The position numbers and the translations under genes were made by a program. Source: Candidatus Krumholzibacteriia bacterium (GTDB taxonomy: Bacteria; Krumholzibacteriota; Krumholzibacteriia; LZORAL124-64-63). Taken from it: a stretch of DNA of 64,000 nucleotides. The stretch is taken from NCBI GenBank assembly GCA_050174015.1, contig JBFXKG010000007.1, positions 64,001-128,000 on the forward strand, in the 5' to 3' direction. Shown here one piece after another: positions 1 through 9,341 of the stretch. The notes under the pieces are model-generated. The model made no database searches. It was not told the origin of the DNA and worked only from the letters and a program-made list of their open reading frames with translations. Position 1 is the first letter of the stretch, and each line of letters starts with the position of its first letter.

Positions 1-388
1 GCTCGGCGACCTCGAGTTCGAACAGTTCCGGCCGGCCGGCCACCCCCTCGAGGTCGGGATCGCTCAGGGCGAAGCCCATCTCCTCGAAGCCCGCGGCGAG
101 GGCGTTCCGGAGAGTGGCCGCGGCCCCGTCCGGGTCGCCCATCCGATTCTCCAGACAGGCCTGGTTGTAGAACATGACCGGATCGGCGGCGAACCGTTCG
201 TTGAGGCGGCGGGCAAGATCCAGGGCCGAGGCGGCGTCGCCCTCCTGCATGGCCCGGTCGAACAGTTCGGTCAGGTCTTTCCGGTCCAGGGCGCGCTGGG
301 CCGCGGCCTCCCGGGACACGCCGCAGGCGGCCCCCAGAAGGGCGATGCATACCCAGAGGGTCGTCGGCCAGGTCATTCGCAAGGTCAT
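1..388 (-). CDS. Exported TPR-repeat protein, N-terminal part (runs off window start)
   Basis: ATG at 388 with GGAG upstream; signal-peptide-like N-terminus, then FYNQACLENRMGD..A...L..AL.AGF......DPDL, a typical TPR motif; no stop before position 1. Confidence 0.7.
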   Translation of the reverse strand, partial: MTLRMTWPTTLWVCIALLGAACGVSREAAAQRALDRKDLTELFDRAMQEGDAASALDLARRLNERFAADPVMFYNQACLENRMGDPDGAAATLRNALAAGFEEMGFALSDPDLEGVAGRPELFELEVAE

Positions 389-560
389 GGCGGCTCCCGG
401 ATGCAAGGTCGATCCCGACTTGTACCACCCCGGGACATTAAAGTGCCCGAAGCCGCGGGGGCAAGGTGGTTGTTGCCGGTGCGGGATTGGTGTAGACTGG
501 GAGCATCCCCGCGGGTCTTCTGGCGCCGCCCCGGTTGCGGCCGTCGAAAGCGAGGTCGCC

Positions 561-1493
561 ATGGCCATCATCCCCTTCCATATCGTGGACGCCTTCGCCG
601 ACCATCCCTTCACCGGCAATCCGGCCGCCATCATTCCCAACGCCTCGGGACTGAGCACGGCCGAGATGCTGCAGATCACCGACGAACTTTCCATGGAAGC
701 CGGGTTCATCCTGCCCCCCTCGATCCCCGGGGCGGACATCCGCCTGCGGTTCTTCACGCGCAGGCGCGAGGCCATCCTCAGCGGACACGTCGTGATCGCC
801 GCGTTCGCCTCCATGGCCGACCGCGGATTCTACAAGCCCACTCCCGAGGGTCTGGACGTCCGGCTCGAGACCGGGGCCGGGATCCTGCCGGTCACCCTGG
901 GATTCCGGCCGGACGGGCGCACCCTGGTGACGCTGGAACTGCCCGAGCCCAGGTTCGGGGAACCCGTGTCCGTCGGGGAGGTCGCCGCCGCCCTGGACGT
1001 CCCCTCCGAATCCCTGGGTCTGGGCAGCCACGGGCCCCAGCGCGTGAGCTGCGGTTTCGACCAGATCATCGTGCCGGTCTGCGACCGCCACGTCATCCGG
1101 GGCGACTTCAAGGGCACCGAGGCCATCGGCAGGCTGACCGACCTGCGCGGGGTGGGCGGGATCACCCTCTTCTGCCCCGACACGGTGCACCAGGACGCCG
1201 ACTTCCACTGCCGGTTCTTCCATCCCCGGATGGGCGCGGCCGAAGACGTGGCCAGCGGCACCAGCCTCGGCGCGGTCGCGGCCTACATCGTCGACCACAA
1301 GCTGTTGCCGGCCTCCGAACGCCAGCGGATCACGACCGAGCAGGGCCACTCCCTGGGCAGGCCGACCCTGGCGGAGATGTGCGTCCACTCGCGCAACGGC
1401 AGCGTCCTGAAGGTCCTGCTGGAAGCCACCGGCGTGGTGGTGATGCGGGGGTCGTTCCACTTCCAGAGGGAAGCGATGGCGGCGAACAGGTAG
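561..1493 (+). CDS. PhzF/diaminopimelate-epimerase-fold isomerase
   Basis: MAIIPFHIVDAFADHPFTGNPAA start, LRFFT, ED..SG and EQGHSLGRP motifs; start moved from the ORF-track 174 to the ATG at 561 (GAGG RBS). Confidence 0.85.
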   Translation: MAIIPFHIVDAFADHPFTGNPAAIIPNASGLSTAEMLQITDELSMEAGFILPPSIPGADIRLRFFTRRREAILSGHVVIAAFASMADRGFYKPTPEGLDVRLETGAGILPVTLGFRPDGRTLVTLELPEPRFGEPVSVGEVAAALDVPSESLGLGSHGPQRVSCGFDQIIVPVCDRHVIRGDFKGTEAIGRLTDLRGVGGITLFCPDTVHQDADFHCRFFHPRMGAAEDVASGTSLGAVAAYIVDHKLLPASERQRITTEQGHSLGRPTLAEMCVHSRNGSVLKVLLEATGVVVMRGSFHFQREAMAANR

Positions 1494-1519
1494 GACCGGA
1501 GAGCGCAAGGAGGCGAGCG

Positions 1520-1984
1520 GTGGGGCTGGAGATCGAAAGGAAGTACCTGGTTCGCGGTGACGCCTGGCGCCGCGGGGCCGTAGGCGTCCCGTTCCGGCAG
1601 GGTTACCTCAGCACCGTCAGGGAGCGCGTGGTCCGGGTGCGGACCATGGGGAACCGGGCCGCCTTGACCGTGAAGGGGGCCACCCGGGGGGCGACCCGCC
1701 TCGAGTTCGAGTACGCCATTCCCGTGGCCGACGCGAACGAACTGCTGGATCTTTGCGAACAACCCCTGATCGAGAAGACCCGCTACCACATCCCCCACGG
1801 CGGGCTGGTCTGGGAGGTGGACGTGTTCCACGGGGTCAACGAGGGCCTGATCATCGCCGAGTGCGAGCTCGAAGCGGAGGATCAGGCGGTGGCCACGCCG
1901 GAATGGGTGGGGGACGAGGTCACCGGCGACCCCCGCTACGCCAACGCCAGCCTGGTGGCCCGGCCGTACACGACCTGGGGCTGA
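1520..1984 (+). CDS. CYTH-domain protein (triphosphate tunnel metalloenzyme)
   Basis: GTG after AGGAGG; EIERKYLV, QGYL, RVR, LTVKG, RLEFEY, IEKTRY, WEVDVF and EVTGDPRYAN motifs. Confidence 0.92.
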   Translation: MGLEIERKYLVRGDAWRRGAVGVPFRQGYLSTVRERVVRVRTMGNRAALTVKGATRGATRLEFEYAIPVADANELLDLCEQPLIEKTRYHIPHGGLVWEVDVFHGVNEGLIIAECELEAEDQAVATPEWVGDEVTGDPRYANASLVARPYTTWG

Positions 1985-2028
1985 CGCGGTTTGCCCCGGC
2001 TTGCCCCGGCGCCCTCCCCACTTCAGGC

Positions 2029-2056
2029 TTGACAATGGGAAAAAACATCTTAGATT
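2029..2056 (+). promoter_or_regulatory. Sigma70-type promoter for the RRM gene
   Basis: TTGACA (2029-2034), 16 nt spacer, TAGATT (2051-2056). Confidence 0.55.
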
Positions 2057-2347
2057 CCTGCAACTGGTCTGCGGAAAACCCCCCGGTCTTCTGAATACCC
2101 GTGTGCATTCCGTTTGTTGGCCCACCTTTTGCAGGTGGCGAAACGCGTGCCCGGGAACCGCTTCGGCGGCGGGCCACACAAGTTCGACCGCGCGATCCTC
2201 CTGGATCGGCGGCCTAGAATTCCTCCGACAAGCGGAGGGATGGGTCCGCTTCGGCGGGCCGGATGAAGCGAGAGGGGTCCTGCCGGAAGAAGCCGGCGAT
2301 CCTGACTGCTTGGTAAAGCCGGAAAGCCGGCACTTGGAGAGAAAGCC

Positions 2348-2632
2348 TTGAAGAAACTGTATGTGGGCAACCTGCCCTTCTCCGCGACCGAAGATGAGAT
2401 CAGCCAGCTGTTCGGCGAGTTCGGCACCGTCCACTCGGTGGCGCTGATCAATGACCGTGAGACCGGTCGGCCCCGTGGCTTCGGCTTCGTGGAAGTGGAC
2501 GACAACGCCCTCCAGGCGATGGTCAGCAACCTGGACGGCAAGGAACTGGGCGGTCGCGCGCTTCGCGTGAACGAGGCCCAGGACCGTCCGCGCACCGGCG
2601 GCGGTGGCGGTGGCGGCGGCCGTCGCTGGTAG
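2348..2632 (+). CDS. Single-RRM RNA-binding protein with Gly-rich tail
   Basis: KLYVGNL (RNP2) and RGFGFVE (RNP1), GRALRVNEA, GGGGGGGGRRW tail; TTG start after GGAG. Confidence 0.95.
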   Translation: MKKLYVGNLPFSATEDEISQLFGEFGTVHSVALINDRETGRPRGFGFVEVDDNALQAMVSNLDGKELGGRALRVNEAQDRPRTGGGGGGGGRRW

Positions 2633-2653
2633 TCCTGCCTGCACATGAAAAGG

Positions 2654-2685
2654 ACCCCGCCGCAGTGATGCGGCGGGGTTTTTTT
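2654..2685 (+). terminator. Rho-independent terminator
   Basis: ACCCCGCCGCA-GTGA-TGCGGCGGGGT stem followed by a T-run; A-run on the 5' side. Confidence 0.85.
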
Positions 2686-2767
2686 GTGCCATGGCGGATC
2701 TGCCGGTGAGGATGTGCTATCATCGAGCCGGGCAGGATGACGAGTACCCGAGTCAGGGAAAGCCGAC

Positions 2768-3844
2768 ATGCCGCAAACACCGCCCTCCCTGATCACCTTG
2801 CTCTGCCTGACGGCCACGGCGGCCCTTGGTGCCGATCTCCACGTCCCGGGAAACCATCCCTCCATCGCCGCGGCCCTTGCGATGGCCGGTCCCGGTGACG
2901 CCGTGGTCGTCGCGTCGGGGACCTACCACGAACACGATCTGATCCTGCCCTCGGGGGTCGTGCTGCGCGGGGAGAGCGGCGACCCCGGCGACGTGGTCAT
3001 CGACGGGGAGCGGCTGGGCCGCTGCATCTACGGGGAGGGGCTGGACGCCTCGACCCGAATCGAGGCTGTGACCCTCTCCAACGGCCTGCCCGCCTGGGGA
3101 AGCACGCCCTACAATTCCTGGGGCGCGGGGCTCATGGTCGATGGGGGTTCCCTTACGGTCTCCCATTGCATCTTCCGGGAGAACGAGACGGCCATCGGCG
3201 GCGGCGCCTTCGTGAAGGGCACCGGCTCCCCGGTGTTCGAGGACTGCCTCTTCGAGGACAACCAGGCCTCCGAGGTCGCGGGTCTGCAGCTGAGCGGGAC
3301 CTGCGATCCGGTGGTCAGAAACTGCATCTTCCGCGGGGGCTGGCGGACCATGGTGGGCGGAGGCGTGACCTGGAGCGGTTCCGGGACCGCCACCCTCGAG
3401 GGCCTTACCGTCGAGAACAACGTGGTCTGGGAGACGGGGGGCGGGATCGAACTCCTGGGTTATTACGCCTACGCCGTGATCCGGGACTGCGTCATCCGCA
3501 ACAACACCGCCGACATCGGCGGCGCGGGCCTGTACGTCTACCGCAGCCGCAACGTCGTCCTGGAGAACGTGACGATCACCGGCAACAGGGGCGGGGAATA
3601 CGCCGGCGGGGTGGAGTTCGCGAGCTACGCCATCGTGTCGGCCCTGGCATGCACCATCCTGGACAACGAGGCTCCCTCGGCTCCGGACGGCCGGCTGGGC
3701 TCCCTGGCCGCCATGACGCTCAACTGCTGCGACGTGGACCCCGACCGCTGGATCCTGGACGGGACGGCCCTATTCACGAACGACGGCTGCGAAGTCGGGG
3801 ACGAGCCGGTGAGTTGGGGGGACCTGAAGGCGACTTTCCGCTGA
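2768..3844 (+). CDS. Secreted right-handed parallel beta-helix protein with C-terminal SWGxxK tail
   Basis: Signal peptide; VPG..PSI..A....GD.V.V..GTY.E; repeated GGG / C.F..N.A motifs; ends VGDEPVSWGDLKATFR. Confidence 0.8.
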   Translation: MPQTPPSLITLLCLTATAALGADLHVPGNHPSIAAALAMAGPGDAVVVASGTYHEHDLILPSGVVLRGESGDPGDVVIDGERLGRCIYGEGLDASTRIEAVTLSNGLPAWGSTPYNSWGAGLMVDGGSLTVSHCIFRENETAIGGGAFVKGTGSPVFEDCLFEDNQASEVAGLQLSGTCDPVVRNCIFRGGWRTMVGGGVTWSGSGTATLEGLTVENNVVWETGGGIELLGYYAYAVIRDCVIRNNTADIGGAGLYVYRSRNVVLENVTITGNRGGEYAGGVEFASYAIVSALACTILDNEAPSAPDGRLGSLAAMTLNCCDVDPDRWILDGTALFTNDGCEVGDEPVSWGDLKATFR

Positions 3845-3898
3845 TCCGGTCTGAGCGGGCGTCCGCCGAGGAGACGTCATCAGGAGGAGTCAATGGAC

Positions 3899-5113
3899 TC
3901 AGCCTAAGACCAGATCCCTCGTATCCCTCGCGATCATCAGCTCTTCATTGGTGGGAATGATCATGATCTTCACCCGCGAGGCGGCCTTGCTGATGATGGC
4001 CTCGTCGTGCCGCGTCGCGTTCTTGAAGGGGTCGAGCACCGCGCCGATGGCCTCCAGGCCCCGGCACGCCCACTCCCTGACCAGCGAAGCGTGCTCGCCC
4101 ACGCCGGCGGTGAAGATGATCGCGTCGACGCGGCCGAGGGCAACCGCATAGGCGCCGATGTACTTGCGGATGTGGTAGGCGTAGACCTCCAGCGCCAGGC
4201 GGGCCCGGTCGTTGCCGTTGGCGTACTCGCGCTCGACGTCGCGCAGGTCGCTGCTGATCCCGCTGATCCCCAGCATCCCGCTCTCCTTGTTCAGCATCGA
4301 TTCGACCTGGGCCAGCTTCATGTCCAGGCGGCGGGCCAGGAATCCCACCAGGGCGGGGTCGATGTCGCCGCTGCGGGTGCCCATCATCAGGCCCTCCAGC
4401 GGAGTCAGGCCCATGGAGGTGTCGATCGACCGGCCGCCCAGCACCGCGGCCACGGAGGCGCCGTTGCCCAGGTGACAGGTGATGAAGTTCAGCTCGTTCA
4501 CGCCGCGCTCGAGCACCTGGGCCGCCCGCAGGGTCACGAAGCGGTGGCTGGTGCCGTGGAAACCGTAGCGGCGGATCTGGTACTGCTCGTAGAGGTGGTA
4601 GGGGATCGGATAGATGTAGGCGCGATCGGGCATGGTCTGGTGGAAGGCCGTGTCGAACACGCCCACCATGGGCACGCCTGGCATGACCTTCTGGGCCGCC
4701 TCGATGCCCGTGATGTTGGCGGGATTGTGCAGGGGCGCCAGGGACACGCATTCCTTCAGGGCGTCGATCACGTCCTCGGTGATGAGGACCGAACCGGAGT
4801 ACTTCTCGCCGGCGTGCACCACCCGGTGGCCCACCGCGGCGACCTCGTCCATGCTCCTCAGCACCCCGTGTTCGGGGTGGACCAGGGCCGCCAGCACCAG
4901 TTCGATCCCGCGGGCGTGGTCGGGGATCGGGGTCTCCTCGCGGATGTTCGCCCCGCCGGCCGGGCTGTAGGTGTGGATGCCGTCCTCGAGACCGATGCGC
5001 TCCACCAGCCCCTTGGCCATCAGGGTCTCGTGGGCCATGTCCAGCAGCTGGTACTTCAGCGAGCTGCTGCCGCAGTTGATGACCAGGACGTTCTTGGCGG
5101 CCGATGAGGGCAT
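3899..5113 (-). CDS. ackA: Acetate kinase
   Basis: LVINCGSSSLKY, GHRVVH, LAPLHNP, FDTAFHQT, YGFHGTSH, HLGNGAS, GTRSGDID, PTNEELMIA. Confidence 0.98.
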   Translation of the reverse strand: MPSSAAKNVLVINCGSSSLKYQLLDMAHETLMAKGLVERIGLEDGIHTYSPAGGANIREETPIPDHARGIELVLAALVHPEHGVLRSMDEVAAVGHRVVHAGEKYSGSVLITEDVIDALKECVSLAPLHNPANITGIEAAQKVMPGVPMVGVFDTAFHQTMPDRAYIYPIPYHLYEQYQIRRYGFHGTSHRFVTLRAAQVLERGVNELNFITCHLGNGASVAAVLGGRSIDTSMGLTPLEGLMMGTRSGDIDPALVGFLARRLDMKLAQVESMLNKESGMLGISGISSDLRDVEREYANGNDRARLALEVYAYHIRKYIGAYAVALGRVDAIIFTAGVGEHASLVREWACRGLEAIGAVLDPFKNATRHDEAIISKAASRVKIMIIPTNEELMIARDTRDLVLG

Positions 5114-5127
5114 GATGCTTCTCCGGT

Positions 5128-6120
5128 TCAGGCGCTCTGCAGGGCCGTGATGGCCGCCACGTTCACGATGTCCTCGACGCTGCAGCCGCGCGAAAGGTCG
5201 TTGACCCCCTTGGCCATGCCCTGCAGGACCGGGCCCACGGCCTCGGCCCCGGCAAGCCGCTGCACCAGCTTGTAGCCGATGTTGCCGGCGTCCAGGTCGG
5301 GGAAGATCACCACGTTGGCCTTGCCGGCCACGGGGCTGCCGGGAGCCTTGCTGGCGCCGATCTTGGGCACGATGGCCGCATCGAGCTGCAACGGGCCGTC
5401 GACCAGCAGATGCGGGGCCTTTTCCTTCACCAGCCGGGTGGCCTCGATGACCTTGTCCACGTCGGGTCCGCTGCCGCTGCCCATGGTCGAGAAGCTGAGC
5501 ATGGCGACCCTCGGCTCGAACCCGCAGAGGGCCCGGGCGGTGCCCGCCGTCGCGATGGCGATGTCCGCCAGCTGTTCGGCCGTGGGCTGGGGGTTCACGG
5601 CGCAGTCGCCGAAGACGATCTGGCCGTTCTCGCCGAACTCCCAGTCGGGCTTGACCATGACGAAACAGCTGCTGACCAGGCTCGATCCGGGGGCGGTGCC
5701 CACGATCTGGAAACCCGCGCGCAGCACGTTGCCCGTGCTGTTGACCGCGCCGGCCACCATGCCGTCGGCCATGCCCTTGCTGACCAGCATGGCGCCGAAG
5801 AACAGGGGATCGTCCATGGTCTTGGCGGCTTCGTCCTCGGTCAGGCCCTTGTGCTTGCGCAGGTCGAAGTAGGCCCGGACGAAATCGTTGCGGTAGGTGG
5901 AACGCGCGGGGTCGATGATGCCGATGCCCGTAGGATCAACCCCCTTGGCCTTGAGGCCCGCCAGAACGGTCGTCTCGTCGCCCAGCAGCACGACCTGGGC
6001 GAATCCCTCGTCCCGGATGATTCCGGCGGCCTCGAGCATGCGCTCGTCGTGGGCCTCCGGCAGCACGATGGTCCGGTTCAGCTCGGCGGCCTTGCGCCGC
6101 AGCCCCTGCACGAAATCCAT
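5128..6120 (-). CDS. pta: Phosphate acetyltransferase
   Basis: [52 protein letters not shown]; adjacent to ackA. Confidence 0.97.
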   Translation of the reverse strand: MDFVQGLRRKAAELNRTIVLPEAHDERMLEAAGIIRDEGFAQVVLLGDETTVLAGLKAKGVDPTGIGIIDPARSTYRNDFVRAYFDLRKHKGLTEDEAAKTMDDPLFFGAMLVSKGMADGMVAGAVNSTGNVLRAGFQIVGTAPGSSLVSSCFVMVKPDWEFGENGQIVFGDCAVNPQPTAEQLADIAIATAGTARALCGFEPRVAMLSFSTMGSGSGPDVDKVIEATRLVKEKAPHLLVDGPLQLDAAIVPKIGASKAPGSPVAGKANVVIFPDLDAGNIGYKLVQRLAGAEAVGPVLQGMAKGVNDLSRGCSVEDIVNVAAITALQSA

Positions 6121-6217
6121 GGTCGGGCTCCCTTGCCTGTGGTTTGGTCATTCCGCAGGCTCAAAAGTGAACAGCCGTTCATCACCTGTCAACGGACAAA
6201 CACCCGCCAGTCCGGAC

Positions 6218-6245
6218 AAAAAAGACGGGCCGCGGCCGGCCCGTC
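6218..6245 (-). terminator. Rho-independent terminator after the Rrf2 gene
   Basis: GACGGGCC/GGCCCGTC stem followed by TTTTTT on the minus strand. Confidence 0.65.
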
Positions 6246-6316
6246 AACGACGAAGGGAGTGCGGGAGTGGAGCCGGGGTAGGGGAAGGCCCGGAACCCCA
6301 GGGGCGGAACCGGAGA

Positions 6317-6772
6317 TCAGGCCCGCTCGAGGTCGCTCAGCTGCTGCAGCTTGCCGTCGCCGGCCTCGCGCATGGTCACCAGCAGGTCGGCCAGGGTGAA
6401 GCTTTTCCAGAATTCCTGCATCCGCCGGCTGAGCAGGGTCCAGATGGAGCGGGTCAGGCAATCGTCGCTGCGGTCGCAGACTTCGGGCTCCAGGACGCAG
6501 TCCACCAGGGTGGTGTGGGTGTCCAGGGCGGTGATGACATCCCAGAGGTTGATCTCCTCCGGCGAGCGGGAGAGGGTGTACCCGCCGCGGACGCCCTTGC
6601 GGCTGGTGATCAACTCGGCCTTGCGCAGGGTGCCGACCACCTGTTCGAGGTACTTTCCGCTGATCTCCTGGGATTCGCTGATGGCGCTGATGGGAACCGG
6701 TTCCCCGCCGTAGTGGTCGGCGATCTGCAGGATGGCGCGAAGGCCGTACCGGACCTTGGTGTTGACTTTCAT
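6317..6772 (-). CDS. Rrf2-family transcriptional regulator (IscR-like, 3 Cys)
   Basis: MKVNTKVRYGLRA, YLEQ, S.KG..GGY.L, C-terminal C-x6-C-x5-C putative Fe-S ligands. Confidence 0.92.
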   Translation of the reverse strand: MKVNTKVRYGLRAILQIADHYGGEPVPISAISESQEISGKYLEQVVGTLRKAELITSRKGVRGGYTLSRSPEEINLWDVITALDTHTTLVDCVLEPEVCDRSDDCLTRSIWTLLSRRMQEFWKSFTLADLLVTMREAGDGKLQQLSDLERA

Positions 6773-6822
6773 GATATTCCGATCGCTCCTGAGCTTGAGC
6801 CCGTCATATCTCCCCCTTAACG

Positions 6823-6866
6823 TGACCCACACGGTCAAATCTACACCCTTATTCTTTCCCAAGCAA
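6823..6866 (-). promoter_or_regulatory. Promoter of the Rrf2 gene with adjacent palindromic operator
   Basis: Minus strand TTGCTT-17 nt-TAGATT, immediately followed by TGACC-N5-GGTCA (6823-6837). Confidence 0.55.
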
Positions 6867-7026
6867 ACCTCTTCGTCATCGGCAAGACGTTATCAAAACC
6901 GGAATTGAGTGGAATTCCTGCAAGAAATACAGGAAATGGGCGGTTTTGCCGGGGCGGACGACTGGACATTCCCGCCCGGGACGCTTATCCTGCCCCGAAT
7001 TTACCATGTGAGAAAGAGGTCGGAAA

Positions 7027-8058
7027 ATGACGAACGAAAACAGGAGGGCCTTCATCCGGTCCCTTCCCCTGGCGGACATCCACCGCCATTTCGACGGATC
7101 CATCCGCCCGGCGACCCTCTGGGAGCTTTCCGAGAAGTACTACAGCGCCGTGCCGGGACTCGATTACGAGCAGTTCCGGCACTACCTGCAATGGGACGAG
7201 TCCCAGGACAGCACCCTGCTGGACTACCTGGACAAGTTCCACGTCCCGCTGCAGTACACGCAGTTCTACGACAACATCCGCCGCATCAGCTACGAGCTGG
7301 CCGAGGACGCCTACCTCGACGGGGTCCGGCTGCTGGAACTGCGCATCAACCCCCTGATCCACCGCCGGGCGGGCCTGACCACCCGGCAGGTCCTCGCCGC
7401 CACCCGCAAGGGGCTGGACACCTTCTCCTCCCGGCACCCGGACTTCCAGGCCGGGATGATCGTCATCGCCATGCGCAACCACGGGGGCAACATGGCCCGC
7501 ATCCTGCTGCGCGAGGTGATCGGCGAGAAGGATGAATTCCACGACGGGGTTGGGGTGGTCGGCTTCGACATCGCCGGGCACGAGGCGCCCTTCCCCCCGG
7601 TGCTGTTCGCCGAAGCCTACGAACTGGCCGGCCTGATGGGCCTGAAGAAGACGGCCCACGCGGGCGAGAGCGAGGGGCCCGAACGCATCTGGGAGGCCCT
7701 GGACAACCTGGGGCCCGACCGCATCGGGCACGGGACCAGCGCCGGGGACGACCCGGAGCTGATCAAGCGCCTGGCCCGCGACGGGATCTACCTCGAGGTC
7801 TGCCTCTCGTCGAACGTCCAGACCGGGGCCGTCGCCTCCCTGAAGGATCATCCCCTGCCCCGGTTCCTCGACGCCGGCGTCAAGGTCGCCCTCTGCACCG
7901 ACAACCCCACCGTCAGCAGCACCACCCTGGCCCGGGAGTACGAACTCGCCATGGAGACCTTCGGGTTCAGCGAGGCGGACGTCCGCGACCTGGCCCGGAT
8001 GTCCTGCCGGGGCACTTTTTTGGCCGAGGGCTGCAGGAGCTGGGGACCGCAGGACTGA
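7027..8058 (+). CDS. add: Adenosine deaminase
   Basis: DIHRHFDGSIR, GFDIAG.E, TAHAGE, RIGHG, LEVCLSSN, L.TDNP. Confidence 0.92.
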   Translation: MTNENRRAFIRSLPLADIHRHFDGSIRPATLWELSEKYYSAVPGLDYEQFRHYLQWDESQDSTLLDYLDKFHVPLQYTQFYDNIRRISYELAEDAYLDGVRLLELRINPLIHRRAGLTTRQVLAATRKGLDTFSSRHPDFQAGMIVIAMRNHGGNMARILLREVIGEKDEFHDGVGVVGFDIAGHEAPFPPVLFAEAYELAGLMGLKKTAHAGESEGPERIWEALDNLGPDRIGHGTSAGDDPELIKRLARDGIYLEVCLSSNVQTGAVASLKDHPLPRFLDAGVKVALCTDNPTVSSTTLAREYELAMETFGFSEADVRDLARMSCRGTFLAEGCRSWGPQD

Positions 8059-8165
8059 GCTCACCCGGGGGAACGGCTTTCTGCGGGGGACTTGCCAGCC
8101 CTGGGGGCGGCGTGTAATTTCCCGGTGAATCCATGAGGAATCCGAACCTTGACCGAGGGTGGACC

Positions 8166-9329
8166 ATGAAGAAGAAGATCAAGCGGATCGCGATCCTGAC
8201 CGGCGGCGGAGACGTGCCCGGCCTCAACTCGGCCATGAAGCAGGTCATCCAGCGGGCCGAGAAGGAAGGCATCGAGGTCTACGGCTTCAAGCGCGGCTGG
8301 GCAGGCCTGGCGCACTACGAGCACGACAAGGGCCTGGAGGGCAACACGGAGTGGATCCGGCCGTTGACCTTCGCCGACGTGCGCACCATCGACCGTTACG
8401 GCGGCACCTTCCTGCACACTTCCCGCACCAATCCGGGCAAGGTGCGCGAGAAGGACATGCCCGAGCACCTGAAGAAGGACGGGATCACCTATCCCGCGGA
8501 CATCACCGACACGGTGGTGGCCAACCTCGAGTCGCTGGAGATCGACGCCCTGATCCCCATCGGCGGCGACGACACGCTGAGCTACGCGGCGCGCCTGAAC
8601 CAGGCCGGCTACCCGCAGATCGCCATCCCCAAGACCATGGACAACGACGTCTTCGGGACCGATTACTGCATCGGTTTCGGGACGGCGATCACCCGCAGCG
8701 TCCAGGCCATCCACGACCTGCGCACGCCCATCGGCAGCCACGAGCGCATCGGGGTGATCGAGCTGTTCGGCCGCAACAGCGGCGAGACCGCGCTGATCGC
8801 CAGCTACCTGGCCAGCGTGGACCGCGCGGTGATCTCCGAGGTGCCCTTCGACATCGAGCGCCTGGCGGAGATGGCCCTCAACGACAAGAAGCGCAATCCG
8901 AGCCATTACTCGGTGATCACCATCAGCGAGGGGGCCCTGCCCGTCGGTGGCCAGATCCATCAGAAGGGCGAGAAGGACGCCTACGGCCACCAGAAGCTGG
9001 GCGGGATCGGCCACTGGACCGCCGAGAAGATCAAGGAGATCACCGGTAAGGGCGTGACCTACCAGCAGCTGGGGTACATGATGCGCTGCGGCGCCCCGGA
9101 CGCCCTGGACCGCATGGTGGCCATGAACTTCGGCAACCTGGCCATGGACATGCTCCTTGACGGGGCCAGCGGCCTGATGACCGCCCTGCACGAGGGCAAG
9201 TACACCACCGTGGGCCTGAACTCGGTGATCGAGGGCGTCAAGCGCGTCGAGGTGGATCGCTTCTACGACACGCAGGAGTACAAGCCGGTCATCCGGCGGG
9301 TGCAGAACCTGCCCATGTTCCTCAGATAG
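8166..9329 (+). CDS. pfkA: 6-phosphofructokinase (PfkA family), PPi-type signature
   Basis: [43 protein letters not shown]. Confidence 0.93.
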   Translation: MKKKIKRIAILTGGGDVPGLNSAMKQVIQRAEKEGIEVYGFKRGWAGLAHYEHDKGLEGNTEWIRPLTFADVRTIDRYGGTFLHTSRTNPGKVREKDMPEHLKKDGITYPADITDTVVANLESLEIDALIPIGGDDTLSYAARLNQAGYPQIAIPKTMDNDVFGTDYCIGFGTAITRSVQAIHDLRTPIGSHERIGVIELFGRNSGETALIASYLASVDRAVISEVPFDIERLAEMALNDKKRNPSHYSVITISEGALPVGGQIHQKGEKDAYGHQKLGGIGHWTAEKIKEITGKGVTYQQLGYMMRCGAPDALDRMVAMNFGNLAMDMLLDGASGLMTALHEGKYTTVGLNSVIEGVKRVEVDRFYDTQEYKPVIRRVQNLPMFLR

Positions 9330-9341
9330 AACGGGAGGGCC

